Shown here piece by piece: positions 53,646-64,000 of a stretch of 64,000 nucleotides of DNA. The stretch is from Lytechinus pictus. Lineage: Eukaryota. The notes under the pieces were generated by a model. It worked only from the letters and a program-made list of their open reading frames with translations. It did not search any database and had not been told where the DNA came from. The position numbers and the translations under genes were made by a program. The stretch's first letter is position 1, and every line of letters starts with the position of its first letter. Location of the stretch: assembly GCF_037042905.1 (NCBI RefSeq), contig NC_087245.1, positions 15,998,001 through 16,062,000 of the forward strand, given 5' to 3'.

Positions 53646-54719
53646 ATGGATGTCACTTCGACCATGACAATGATACACTTGAGCACCATCGTGGATTGGA
53701 ACCAAACAGCTATCGTTAGAATTGAATGGTCATGGAAGCAGATCAACTGGTCCTATTCTGAAATACTTCACCTATGCTCTGCTGTCCTTGGGATAGTTGG
53801 TAACCTGATGGTTATACTGGCACTCCGCGAGCGGCGCGCGGCTGGACGTTCGACAGATACCTTGATGAGCGCTCTAGCCTTTGCGGACTTCATGACGTCC
53901 CTTTTCACCATCCCTGTGCCATCCGCGTCAACAGTTCCGGACTCTCCTCTGGGGCAGTTGTACTGCAAGATGACCCTACCCGGGTTCTTTCTCTTCGTCG
54001 CTGCAACAGCATCAAGCTACATCCTCATGGCGATATCTGTAGAAAGGTTCCTTGCTGTTGTGTACCCTCTGCAGTTCAACCAACTCATGGCCCGGAAGCA
54101 GATGCTTGCCATCGTGATATCAGCCATCTGGATCATTTCGTTTCTGGTCTACGGCATCTTCATCGCTACTGCGGTGATCGCCAACCCCATGACACACACC
54201 TGCACCTTGTACTTCCCTACTGTTGCTGCTAAGGTGACGTTCGGATACTTCATGTTCATCTACCGCTTCGTCCTACCTGTCCTGGTGATGTTAGTTACGC
54301 AGGTGTTCATTGCCTACAAGCTCCATCGCCACTCCGTTCAGTTCCGAGGACAAGAAGCTGTGTCCTTCCACATCAAGGCCAGAAATCGCGTCCTGAAGCT
54401 TATGTCAATCGTTATCATTGTTTTCGTCATTACTTGGGGTCCGGGACAGGTCAGTTTCTTTCTCTTCACCATCGGCATACTGCCACCATCTTATATCGGT
54501 GGTCCTTTGCACAAGTTCATCATCGTTTTCACCACTTACAATTCGTGCATGAATCCAGTCATTTACATAGTGTGGTTCCCGGAATTTCGACTAGCCCTGA
54601 GAAAGATGTTCACGTGCCAGCCTTCGACAGACGGCCAATCCGAGGAAGCAAAAATAGAAACCAAAACTGATTCTGTGGATGTCTCCAGGCGTGCCTCAAA
54701 CATATCAAATAATATTTAG
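53646..54719 (+). CDS. Class A (rhodopsin-family) GPCR, intronless, peptide-receptor-like orphan (357 aa)
   Basis: Seven hydrophobic segments with GN (TM1), LAFAD (TM2), C at the top of TM3, ERF, W (TM4), ECL2 Cys, WGP (TM6), NSCMNPVIY (TM7) and FR helix 8. First ATG is in aaaATGg context; the ORF track starts earlier at a GTG. Confidence 0.95.
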   Translation: MDVTSTMTMIHLSTIVDWNQTAIVRIEWSWKQINWSYSEILHLCSAVLGIVGNLMVILALRERRAAGRSTDTLMSALAFADFMTSLFTIPVPSASTVPDSPLGQLYCKMTLPGFFLFVAATASSYILMAISVERFLAVVYPLQFNQLMARKQMLAIVISAIWIISFLVYGIFIATAVIANPMTHTCTLYFPTVAAKVTFGYFMFIYRFVLPVLVMLVTQVFIAYKLHRHSVQFRGQEAVSFHIKARNRVLKLMSIVIIVFVITWGPGQVSFFLFTIGILPPSYIGGPLHKFIIVFTTYNSCMNPVIYIVWFPEFRLALRKMFTCQPSTDGQSEEAKIETKTDSVDVSRRASNISNNI

Positions 54720-55109
54720 ATTAATCTTTGCGATAGTCATAATAGTGGGAAAAGTGGCACTTCGGCTAGATCATCGAGAATGAAAATGATTACATGAAAT
54801 AATATTAAATCGGAAATTACAAACGCTGGAAATATTGTTTTAACAAAATTGACTCACTGTCAAAAACTGTTTTTGATAATTTAAAGAGTTTCATAATTAT
54901 TCATTTTTCATTTCGAATATGAAAGACAGAATTACAATACGTGTCGAGTTGTAACGATTCTCCTCCATATTCAGCACTTAATCTCTTTATTTCTATGCAT
55001 TCATTTTCTCAAAAAGGTTCCATTGTAAATTGTTTTAAATTGTTGCAACATATATATTAACGATTTTGTTGAACTTTGGTTCATAACACAAAAAACAGAA
55101 AATAACGAA

Positions 55110-55164
55110 GAGTTACCTCGAAATTTTCGGCTGCTAACTGCAACCTTCGTCAGCGATGTGACCC
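55110..55164 (-). ncRNA. Minimal type I hammerhead ribozyme motif (3' pseudo-LTR, sense to the element)
   Basis: Minus strand reads gggtcacatcg-CTGACGA-a-ggttgc(agtta)gcagcc-GAAA-att-t-cgaggtaactc: core boxes, a 6-bp stem II and stem I pairing. Confidence 0.8.
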
Positions 55165-55173
55165 GATTTGACC

Positions 55174-56650
55174 TTAGTGACGTAATGGTCGATGATCGGG
55201 TCGTAGACATTCGGAAGCTAGTATCGCCCCCCCCCCGTCTCTGTTGAGAGAAGGTCTGAACGCCCGGATGTAGATGGCCTCTTTCACACCTCTCGAGAAG
55301 TACCGCGGCTCCCTGTCCGGCACTTGTACCTTGTTGATGTCAACACGATGACCAGGGGATTCGATGTGGATGTGCTGAGATACCTCGGAGGAAGTGGAGC
55401 TAGGGCGTCGATGTTCAAGGAATCTTGTCCTAAGGGAACGTTCTGTTTCTCCTATATAAGATTCCTGACATAAACCCTTAGTCGTCTGTCCTTGACAAGG
55501 AATCAAATAAATAGGACCGGTGATATCCTTCTTCTCTGTCTTATCTTTCGGCGCAACCAAGTACTGTCTAAGAGTCCTTGTTGGTTTGTAGCACACCCTA
55601 ATGCCAAATTGACTGAAATTCCTACGAAGGGCTTCCGATAATCCTTTAACGTACGGAAGTACAATCTGTCCTTTGGGTGGCTTGGGGTTGTCCTTTCTAG
55701 GCGGAGACTTTCCTTTAGCTGAGTTATCGATCTTGTTGAAGACCCAACTAGGATAACCGCACTTGGAGAGAGCCCGTTTAACGTGCGCTTTTTCCTTAGA
55801 AACGGTGACTGGATCTGTGATAACCGCTTCCGCTCGATGGAAAAGAGTCTTGATCACACCAAGCTTATGTTCAAGTGGGTGATTAGAGGAAAAGTTCAGG
55901 TATTGGTCGGTGTGCGTAGGTTTACGGTAAACTTTGATATCCAAGTTGCCGTCTGGTTGAATAACCGTCAAAGTGTCAAGAAATGCCAGCGACCGTCCTT
56001 CCTCACCTTCAGTGGTGAATTGCATGTCCGGATCAATCAAGTTCAGATGATCAGTAAATTCCTGTGAGAATTCTTTCTTGAGTTTAGTGTGTGTATCATC
56101 AACATATCGAAACCACCATATTGGAGGATGAGGTGCTGACTCAAGAGCTAATTGTTCAAAATGTTCCATGTACAGATTACAAACAATGGGGGAAATTGGC
56201 GATCCCATCGCTGCTCCATGGATCTGCTGATAATATATGCCATTGTGAACAAAATAAGTACATCGCAGGCAAACCTCCAACAGTTTACAATGTGGTCCAC
56301 TGATAAGCGAGTCCTATCTTTCCAAGTGTTCACGCTCTGAAGTTTGGATTGGATAATCTTCAGGGCCTTGTCAATAGGAACTGAAGTGAAAGGAGCTGTC
56401 ACGTCATATGATCTCAGTTCCTCGTCTTCCTCAACACGCGCATTCTTAATACATTCAGCAAAAGATTGAGAATCAGTTACATGGTGACAAGTTTGACCAA
56501 CTAAAGGTGACAGAATGTAGGCAAGATGCTTGGCACAGATATATGTAATTGATCCAATACTACTTACAATCGGTCGAAGTGGAATGTTCGGTTTATGGAT
56601 TTTAGGGAGACCATAAAACTAAGGAGGGGTATCTGTAGTTGGGTATAACC
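55174..56650 (-). pseudogene. Penelope RT/GIY-YIG endonuclease ORF, disrupted
   Basis: Motifs FYGLPKIHK..PLRPIVS, SYDVT, GAAMGSPISP, RYVDD, FLD, VYRKPTHT and IYLIPC...YIGET.RSLRTRF.EH. In-frame stop near 56620, frameshift near 56285, and a probable frameshift in the C-run near 55230. Confidence 0.92.
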
Positions 56651-56741
56651 TGCTCTCAACAGAGACGGGGGGGGGGGGGCGATACAAGCTTCCGAATGTC
56701 TACGACCCGATCATCGACCATTACGTCACTAAGGTTAAATC

Positions 56742-56796
56742 GGGTCACATCGCTGACGAAGGTTGCAGTTAGCAGCCGAAAATTTCGAGGTAACTC
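56742..56796 (+). ncRNA. Minimal type I hammerhead ribozyme motif (inverted pseudo-LTR copy)
   Basis: CTGACGA at 56753-56759, stem II ggttgc/gcagcc, GAAA at 56778-56781, palindromic AATT in place of stem III; same sequence as the 55110-55164 copy. Confidence 0.8.
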
Positions 56797-56899
56797 TTCG
56801 TTATTTTCTGTTTTTTGTGTTGTGAACCAAAGTTCAACAAAATCGTTATCTTTTACCAACACAGATGAACTTTCATGATCGTAACATATATATTAGTTT

Positions 56900-56929
56900 A
56901 TTACATCATGGTAGGGTCCATGATTACAT
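56900..56929. mobile_element. Tiny CATGG...CCATG insert with perfect 7-bp duplication (putative P/Galileo-type footprint)
   Basis: attacat|catggtagggtccatg|attacat. Confidence 0.6.
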
Positions 56930-57174
56930 ACACACGTTATTGCATGGTGGAATGGGACACTGCATAGATATACAACATGATGCACAAATATTTTGTTAGT
57001 TAAAAGTAAGAAAGAAGGCTAGAAAATATATCACTCAATTTCAGAACACTGTGATTTGAAAGTTCATTGAATACTAACATGGACGGAGACGTTAATTAGT
57101 GTATAGTGAATGAGAGGTAAGAGAGTAAAATCGTGAAAAGAGGAATATCAAAGAGAGAGGGGCGCAGCTCCTTG

Positions 57175-57216
57175 GTACTAACATGGACCAACTAGTATAT
57201 AGGTCCATGGTACTTA
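57175..57216. mobile_element. Tiny CATGGACC...GGTCCATG palindrome with 7-bp duplication (putative P/Galileo-type footprint)
   Basis: gtactaa|catggaccaactagtatataggtccatg|gtactta; the flanks match 6/7. Confidence 0.6.
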
Positions 57217-57821
57217 CATGACTAATGAGCTGTGTTTCACATGGTTTCACAAGTCTGATCGTCACTTATTCAGATTTTTTAAATGTAATGATAATATAAA
57301 CATGATTCGTAACTGACATCAAGAATGTTTACTTAGAAAAATACAAACAATAAGAAATATTAAAAGGGTGGAAAAGGAAGGAGAATGGGTCTGGGTCATC
57401 ATGGGCATATGGGGATTACTTTGAATTGCCTTTGTGCGTGGTTTTTATTCTAGCAAGCATATCCAAATATTGGAATACCGTTGAATCGTAAATCTCAGAC
57501 TGAATGTCGATTTTACACCTTCACTCCTTAAGAACATTTGAAGCAGAAGAGAGAGAGGTTCTTAAAGCATTAACATTACTTCACGTTACTGGTTACACCA
57601 CTTGTCGTTACCCTAAGGTGAAGCTTTCGGTAGCCTTTCCAATTCTCCCGTCAGACTGTTATAATGATAATACTGTATTCCTTGATCCCTCGTACATTCT
57701 AAAATAGGTGGTTGGGCAATAAGCAAAACAAATTAAGCAAGCTAAGTGCCAAGAAGTGGTAGCTATAGAATATGGGATTTAAATGTTGATCACTTTGTAT
57801 TAAAATGAACTTTGATAGTGC

Positions 57822-58002
57822 GGGGTCGTTTCTTAAGGATGCTGGTTAAGTTAAGAGTAACTTTAAGAACAACTGGTGATTTTCTTATGGTAAATTATAT
57901 TCACCATTAAGTGTTCATTGATGATTATTTTGCGCGAAAGAAAAGCGCACCAGTCGTTCTTAAAAGTCGCTCTTAACTTACGAACAGATTTATGAAACAA
58001 CC
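57822..58002. mobile_element. Degenerate palindromic MITE
   Basis: taagttaagagtaactttaagaacaactggtg is inverted at caccagtcgttcttaaaagtcgctcttaactta; outer ends gtcgtttc / gaaacaac. Confidence 0.65.
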
Positions 58003-59231
58003 GCCAGGCGACCCGAAACATTCAAGTGAAGTAATACACGTACGAATTGCTTGAATAGTATGTTGCATGTGAGTGCGAGCGGAGGGAGGGGGGGGGGGTG
58101 TTGAGACATTGCATTATCGGCTCTAAAAACTGAAAAGGTAAACCAGCAATTGATAGGTTTGAGAAGTGACAACCTTTTCTAAATGTTGCATTTACCACTT
58201 TAAATGGTTCGACCCATCATTTAAATTGTTTGATTCAGAATTCCATGCTATGACTATAAACAAAATGACAGATATCGGGACTAGACTTTGAACTGGACCT
58301 ACTATATCACTGCTCGTCAGTCACTCGAAAGCAACTAAGCACTTTGACAAGTGCCTCAACCGAGGAACTCGAACGTCGACATAAGTATCTTGCACGGGAT
58401 CTTGCACTTCGATTGATTGATAGTTTTCTTTTCATTAAAAAGCTCACTAGACAGCTAGAAAGATGGCAGAACTAGACGAAACTACAGACTAAGGTAATAA
58501 CAAATGTTATTTTCGACGATGACAAAAATGAACATCGAAAAACAATCACAAATAGTAACTTGAAATTAAAAAAAAAAAATTAACGTTGCATTAGTTAATA
58601 GAAAATAAAAAGGTCCCTGTCTTATAGGTAAAACTATTGTGGTAATATAAGTACATTAAAATGAATGAGCCACTTAGTCATTACCATCAATATTTCCGTA
58701 AAAGTCTGTGATTCACATTACTTGAGCCTGTCATAGTTTTACGGTCAAAGATTTATAATGTGAATCAATACGAAAACACTTTAGAATGACATGTTGACAT
58801 CTTTGTCTCCATATTTTGCTAACTTTCAAACTTTAACTGAGGGTAAGGAGGTAATTCACCCCCAACGACCACCCTGTAATGAACCTTACGTAATATTTTC
58901 AAACAAAAGAAAATATATTTTTTTTATCAGGGAAGAAAGTAATGACACCCATTTGTTTATTTCTTTTTAGCTGGTATATCAGATATCGACGAAAGTAAAT
59001 TATCACGATTGAAGTTCAATTTCGGCTAGCATAGGGCTTCTTATCGACTTTTGCGCATATTGAAGAGTTCATGATGACACCTGTGTAAGATACTCATTTG
59101 TAGGTTAATAGGATGATATACATGATTGAAAAGAAATACAAAGAAGTTGGATCCTTTCTTCACTACTTTTGAAAAGGCGAAGGGAATATTACGTATAACG
59201 TTCCATTAAAAGAAATAAATCCAATAGACAA

Positions 59232-59261
59232 TATATATATATATATATAATAACAAAAGGC

Positions 59262-59338
<77 letters not shown>
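59232..59338. repeat. (TA)n microsatellites
   Basis: Two adjacent TA runs. Confidence 0.95.
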
Positions 59339-60102
59339 CATTCCTTGAATAAAATAAAACTTCCTCCTCTGCTTTACCTATATAGGTTCGAAAGTATAGC
59401 TGATTTATCCCGCCCCCGCAAAGTCAAAGTGTAGATACATCGATGAATTGAAGTATGAATACAAGACCGAATACCCGATCTTTCCAGATAAGTCATTCTC
59501 TATTCATTGAGCACGTCCATCTTATATGATCAGCATCAACTTCGTTTTCAGTTTCGTAATTGAATATGAGATAACGTTATCAATAAGACATCTAACTATA
59601 CTCTTCGGATTAATAGAACGTATGCCACTTTCCAGAAGTGTATTAATGATCTGACTCTTCGTATAGTCATGATTACCGGAGGAACTGGATGACAATAATT
59701 ATCTGGGTCTCGTAATTACCATGATTGCTCAAGGATGTGCCTCAAAACGCAAACTGATGAGCCGCTATAGTTTCTAACATGAAACGATGATGTTCTTCAA
59801 GATGGTTGATAATTCGTTCAAACCCAGAAGAAGCAGTTGATCACGCTGATTTATTTTAGCATTCTCTACCGACAATAAAGACCCATGAGTAAAGGACAAC
59901 ATTTATAATTATTACACATGTTATTGTTATTAGAACTCTGAAGCTGTCTAAAAAGACAAGACATATTTTGATTTTCTTTAGTGTCTTAAATTTTCAAAGG
60001 TTATTTGACAGTTTTATAATCATCAGGCATTTCTATGATTGAATCGGGTCGGAAGATAAACGAAATTTGCTAAGAACCAGACCGGGGGTGATTTTCAGTT
60101 CA

Positions 60103-60400
60103 TAATAATAATATTATTATAATAACGTCATATTTTACCCAGGGTAGCCCCTTCAGTTCTGAAAACTGTTCTCCCAGCAGGCTCTTCTTACCATAATAGT
60201 GTTATCATTACCCCGGCTTTAGCACTGCTACCTTGATCGGGCGCTCGAGCATTCAAGGAATCTCTTTCTACCGGGTACCCATTCACCTCACCTGGGTCGA
60301 GTGCAGCACAATGTGAGTAAATTTCTTGCTGAAGGAAAACACGCCATGGCCTGGATTTGAACCCACGAAAGACGAGAGTCGTAATCACTTGACCACCATT
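60103..60400 (-). mobile_element. tRNA-derived SINE with the same head/core as 36314-36619 but a different 3' tail
   Basis: The reverse complement contains gggttcaaatccaggccatggcgtgttttccttcagcaagaaatt...tgtgctgcactcgacccaggtgaggtgaatgggtacc...gctaaagccggggtaat, then an unrelated tail and (TTA)n. Confidence 0.85.
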
Positions 60401-60779
60401 GGACGTCTTCATTCCTAGGCTGTGCGATCAATGGGTGTAATTATGTTTCATTGTTCTAAATTTTCATAATCATTATCTGATTTTCAATATAACATTGGCG
60501 GTTGAAAGTGAACTAAAACTTCACCAAGTGTGCGATTGCTATCAAAGTTATATAGAAACTTTTTCTAAAGAATTAACAAAGCTCAGCGATTTCTCTCTTA
60601 ACACATTACTGGACAAATGACTTCACACCACCTCTACGGAGCAGTTGTTAGTTCCACAAGTATATCAAGGAGTTACTCCTTGAGTATATAAAGTACGCGT
60701 CAGTGAAAATATATCAGAATAAAATATATTATTTGGTGTGTTGTACCTGAGAATTGCCTCTAATTCCTAAGTTGACATC

Positions 60780-61817
60780 ATGGCTGAACGTGACACGATG
60801 CCTGATCCGACTTCTACACCCGTTGTTGAATGGACATGGCGTTCGTTTTCCTGGTCTTACTTTGAGGTCCTTCATCTTGTTTCTGCTGTTGTAGGTATCA
60901 TCGGAAACTTCTTGGTGATCCAGGTCCTCAATCGTCGACGAGCAGCTGAGAGCCGTTCGACGGATACCCTGATAGGTGCCCTTGCAGTTGCCGACTTCTT
61001 GACGTCTATTTTTATCATCCCTTTACCCTCAGCAGCAATAGTCCCAACAACACACCTTGGAAAGCTCTACTGCAAGATGACACTTCCAGGGTTCTTTCTC
61101 TTCGTATCCTTTACGTCGTCCATCTACATCCTGACCACAATATCAGTAGAACGGTTCCTGGCCATCGCCTACCCCCTGCGCTTCAATCAGCTTATGGCTC
61201 GGAAACGCATCCTTGGTATCGTCATCTCTATGATCTGGATCACCTCGATTGTTGTCTATGTCATCTTTATTGCTACAACGGTCAGTGTCGATCCTGTCAA
61301 ACACACATGCATCTTGAGTTTCTCGTCACCCGCCTGGAAAGCCGTGTATGGCTACTTCATGTTCAGTTTCCGCCTCTTGTTCCCCTGCATTATTATGCTG
61401 GTCACCCAAGTGGCCATTGTCCGAGCTTTGCAACGTAGTTCTGTACGCTTTAAAGGTCAGATGGCAGTGTCATTCCACGTCAAAGCCCGCAATCGCGTCC
61501 TCAAGCTCATGCTCGTCGTCATCATCATCTACGTTCTCACCTGGGGACCCGGTCAGGTGAGTTTCTTTCTCTTTACCATTGGTGTCTTGCCACCATCTTA
61601 CATCGGGAGTACACTCCACACGTCCATCATTCTCCTGACGACGTTGAACTCGTGCATGAATCCTGTGATCTACATCGCCTGGTTCAGAGAGTTCCGCGTT
61701 GCCTTGAAGCAGATGTTCTCCTGCCAAAAGCGCGGAGATTCATCTCCAGTCTTTGATAATGTTCCCGAATCAACCACAGCCACATCAACCACGCAAAGAT
61801 CTGACAGTAATATTTAA
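60780..61817 (+). CDS. Class A (rhodopsin-family) GPCR, intronless, paralogue of 53646-54719 (345 aa)
   Basis: Motifs GN, LAVAD, YCK, ERF, HTC, TWGP, NSCMNPVIY and FR; collinear with the upstream GPCR. Confidence 0.95.
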   Translation: MAERDTMPDPTSTPVVEWTWRSFSWSYFEVLHLVSAVVGIIGNFLVIQVLNRRRAAESRSTDTLIGALAVADFLTSIFIIPLPSAAIVPTTHLGKLYCKMTLPGFFLFVSFTSSIYILTTISVERFLAIAYPLRFNQLMARKRILGIVISMIWITSIVVYVIFIATTVSVDPVKHTCILSFSSPAWKAVYGYFMFSFRLLFPCIIMLVTQVAIVRALQRSSVRFKGQMAVSFHVKARNRVLKLMLVVIIIYVLTWGPGQVSFFLFTIGVLPPSYIGSTLHTSIILLTTLNSCMNPVIYIAWFREFRVALKQMFSCQKRGDSSPVFDNVPESTTATSTTQRSDSNI

Positions 61818-62085
61818 ATGGTATTTATTGCATATGTAATGGAAACTAAATAACGACAGCACTACAGGGTGTTGCTCGTCATAGATATCTTATCTTCAAT
61901 TTGCTACAAAATATTTGTTTTATAATGACATTACTTTTTACTGTTGGTCCCCTTAAACACCTGTTCAAGCTTTAGAAAAAAAAAATCAGCTTTATTAGCT
62001 GCATCAAACAAACATCAATACTCTCCGAACTAATGCGAGTTTTTAATATATTTTTACATGAGCGTGTAGGTAATTTTATAAGCTA

Positions 62086-64000
62086 CACTCTGAGTAAATG
62101 TTATGGACATATTTTACGTCATGCTTCAGTGAGCACCGTCAGAAGGCAAAAATGTCACTTTTCAAAAGTCACAAGCCAAATATCATGACTTTGATTCCAT
62201 TTTATTGGAACCAATTCCACATTCTCATCATGAAAAATAGTCAGAAGGCTTGTAAAAGGTACTTTCTAAAAGACGATACAACTTTTTTGGCTAAATTTCA
62301 CGGTTGAATAAACACAAGTCCAAATTTGTTATAATTGGATTTTTTACACATTTCTATCAATTAAGATGATCGAATATGATGACAGTTATTTTTGGGAAGA
62401 GTATCTTCAACAATATTCATCGTTTCACGGTTCAATGAACATTTATTGAAAACAAAAAATACGATTTACAAATATCATAGGCAAGTATTGTTTCATTTTG
62501 GTAACTGAAAATGATCTTTTCTCAACTTTTTCGTTCATGACCAATTAACATGTTTCAATGATTCAAAGGCGTTTAATTAAACATTCATGCTTGAATGATT
62601 ATGTGGAATGTGATTAGCTCTTTATTACGTTATTGGAAAAAATGCAATTTGTAACTATGGATATCTGCCACAAACCTCCTTGCATAGTTCATTTGATTTG
62701 ATTTTTTATGAAAATTCCGATGTTTCATGCGTCGGTGAGCACACAATATTCGAAAATTATGCAAATGAGAAGAAAGTTCAAGGCCTTGGCCCCACTCTGT
62801 GCCGTATCGAATTGTTATTTTGGTGTGCGCGCCTATTGGATAGTGTTACTCTGAAGCCATGTGCGAAGTTTCATGAAATAACTGTTGGCAGAAGTAACAA
62901 AAACCGTCCATGAAACAAACCCTCATTTCACATTTGTTATAATTTTGACTTCCTCTCTCATAGACAATGTGTACATTATGGGTGCATTTGTTTAAGAAAA
63001 GGTAACCCCTTGTTCAATATGGTGGAACTTTTTTTCAAGGCTGTCTTTAGCAATGTCATTTGGCAGTAATGTTTATCAACCTATGGGCAGAATTCTGTGC
63101 AAAAATTAAATCGATTTGTTTATTTATGGATGAGTGAGCATGCATCAAAGTGGGAAAAGGGGTATTTTCAATGCCGCAGACTCACTTTAAAGGGTAATAA
63201 AGTGAATATTGGGGGCAAATTCGGTTTCAATGTGACTTTAATTGCAGTTGTTTTTTATCATCCATCATTTCTATCACCACACACTTTCCGAACTTTTAAA
63301 ATTTTCATGGTTGAGCGAGCACATTCAAAAACTTGGGGAATGAATACTCTTTATACTGCATAAATGTATTCTTTTCATAACAATTTTTCAGGATCAGTTT
63401 AATTTATGGTCAAATCAGTGGTGGATCCAGAATTTTGAAATGGGAGAGGGGCCTATAATCGGGGGAGCCATCAACATTTTCAAATTTTAACATGATCTAA
63501 CAAGTTGTATATGATACTACCATAAACCCTTATGATGATACGTCACAATGCAGGGGCCGCAGAACGGTTTTCAAAGTGGGGGTGCTGAGCCAAAAGTAGG
63601 GGGGCCGACCATGCAAAAAATCACAATCGTATGGTCATTTTTACATTTTGTACATGCTTTTGGAGAAAGTGAAGGGGGGCTTCAGCCGCCCCCCGCTTCC
63701 GCGGCCCCTGCAATACATTGTGCTCACTCAACCATAAACATACGATATCAAACTTGTGGAGTGGCTAAGTGATGGATATTGAAACGGCATTAACACCATA
63801 AAATTCACCTAAAAACAACTTTTGCCCAACTCTGTATTCATGTCCAGGTATTTGCACAATCTGAAAAACGACTCTTGTGACTTTAAAAATGGTCATTTTT
63901 AATTCAATCTTTAATTACTCATGCATGACTCAACCGATCAATTTCATTTTTCCCCAGAAGTTGCTTAATAAGTGTAAAAAACCACCTACGAAATATCATA
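62086..64000. mobile_element. Probable non-autonomous DNA transposon sequence running off the window end
   Basis: Begins ta|CACTCTGAG after the GPCR 3' region and has TE-like internal motifs. The partner terminus is not in the window, so this is weakly supported. Confidence 0.3.
63551..63710. mobile_element. Short MITE with CAGGGGCCGC/GCGGCCCCTG TIRs (hAT-like ends)
   Basis: Perfect 10-bp terminal inverted repeat plus G/C-rich subterminal runs; no clear TSD. Confidence 0.7.

Larger units (their letters stand above)
55060..56882 (-). mobile_element. Penelope-like retroelement, 5'-truncated, with inverted pseudo-LTRs
   Basis: RT plus GIY-YIG coding remnant; 55058-55250 is inverted at 56653-56848; 13-bp TSD aacatatatatta at 55047-55059 and 56883-56895. 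Confidence 0.95.

Noticed and set aside
55001..56878. Duplicated small ORFs (MSTTRSSTITSLR...) at both ends of the Penelope element
   Set aside because: They are by-products of the inverted pseudo-LTR duplication, not independent genes.

Overview
AT-rich, repeat-dense eukaryotic genomic DNA, probably from a marine deuterostome such as a sea urchin (inferred from the repeat families and GPCR type). There is no prokaryotic operon or CRISPR array. Host genes are two tandem intronless class A GPCR paralogues on + (53646-54719, 60780-61817) and a probable first coding exon (long signal peptide, phase-1 donor) of a large minus-strand gene (24170-23906) with a CpG-rich leader/promoter near 25.3-26.1 kb. 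The rest is intronic/intergenic DNA rich in mobile elements. The main ones are: a 2.0-kb non-autonomous Transib/RAG-like transposon with CACAGTG ends, nonamer-like motifs at 12- and 23-bp spacing and a CGACG target duplication (48120-50121); a 5'-truncated Penelope-like retroelement with inverted pseudo-LTRs, a tail and two hammerhead ribozyme motifs (55060-56882); and tiny CATGG...CCATG palindromes with 7-bp flanking duplications that resemble P/Galileo excision footprints. Also present are a Helentron-associated element nested in a Tc1-like element, hAT-, Kolobok-, Harbinger- and EnSpm-like MITEs, a TIR element carrying a 20-bp minisatellite, tRNA-derived SINEs, and L2 and L1/Tx1 remnants. 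All calls come from reading the sequence by eye; no searches were run.
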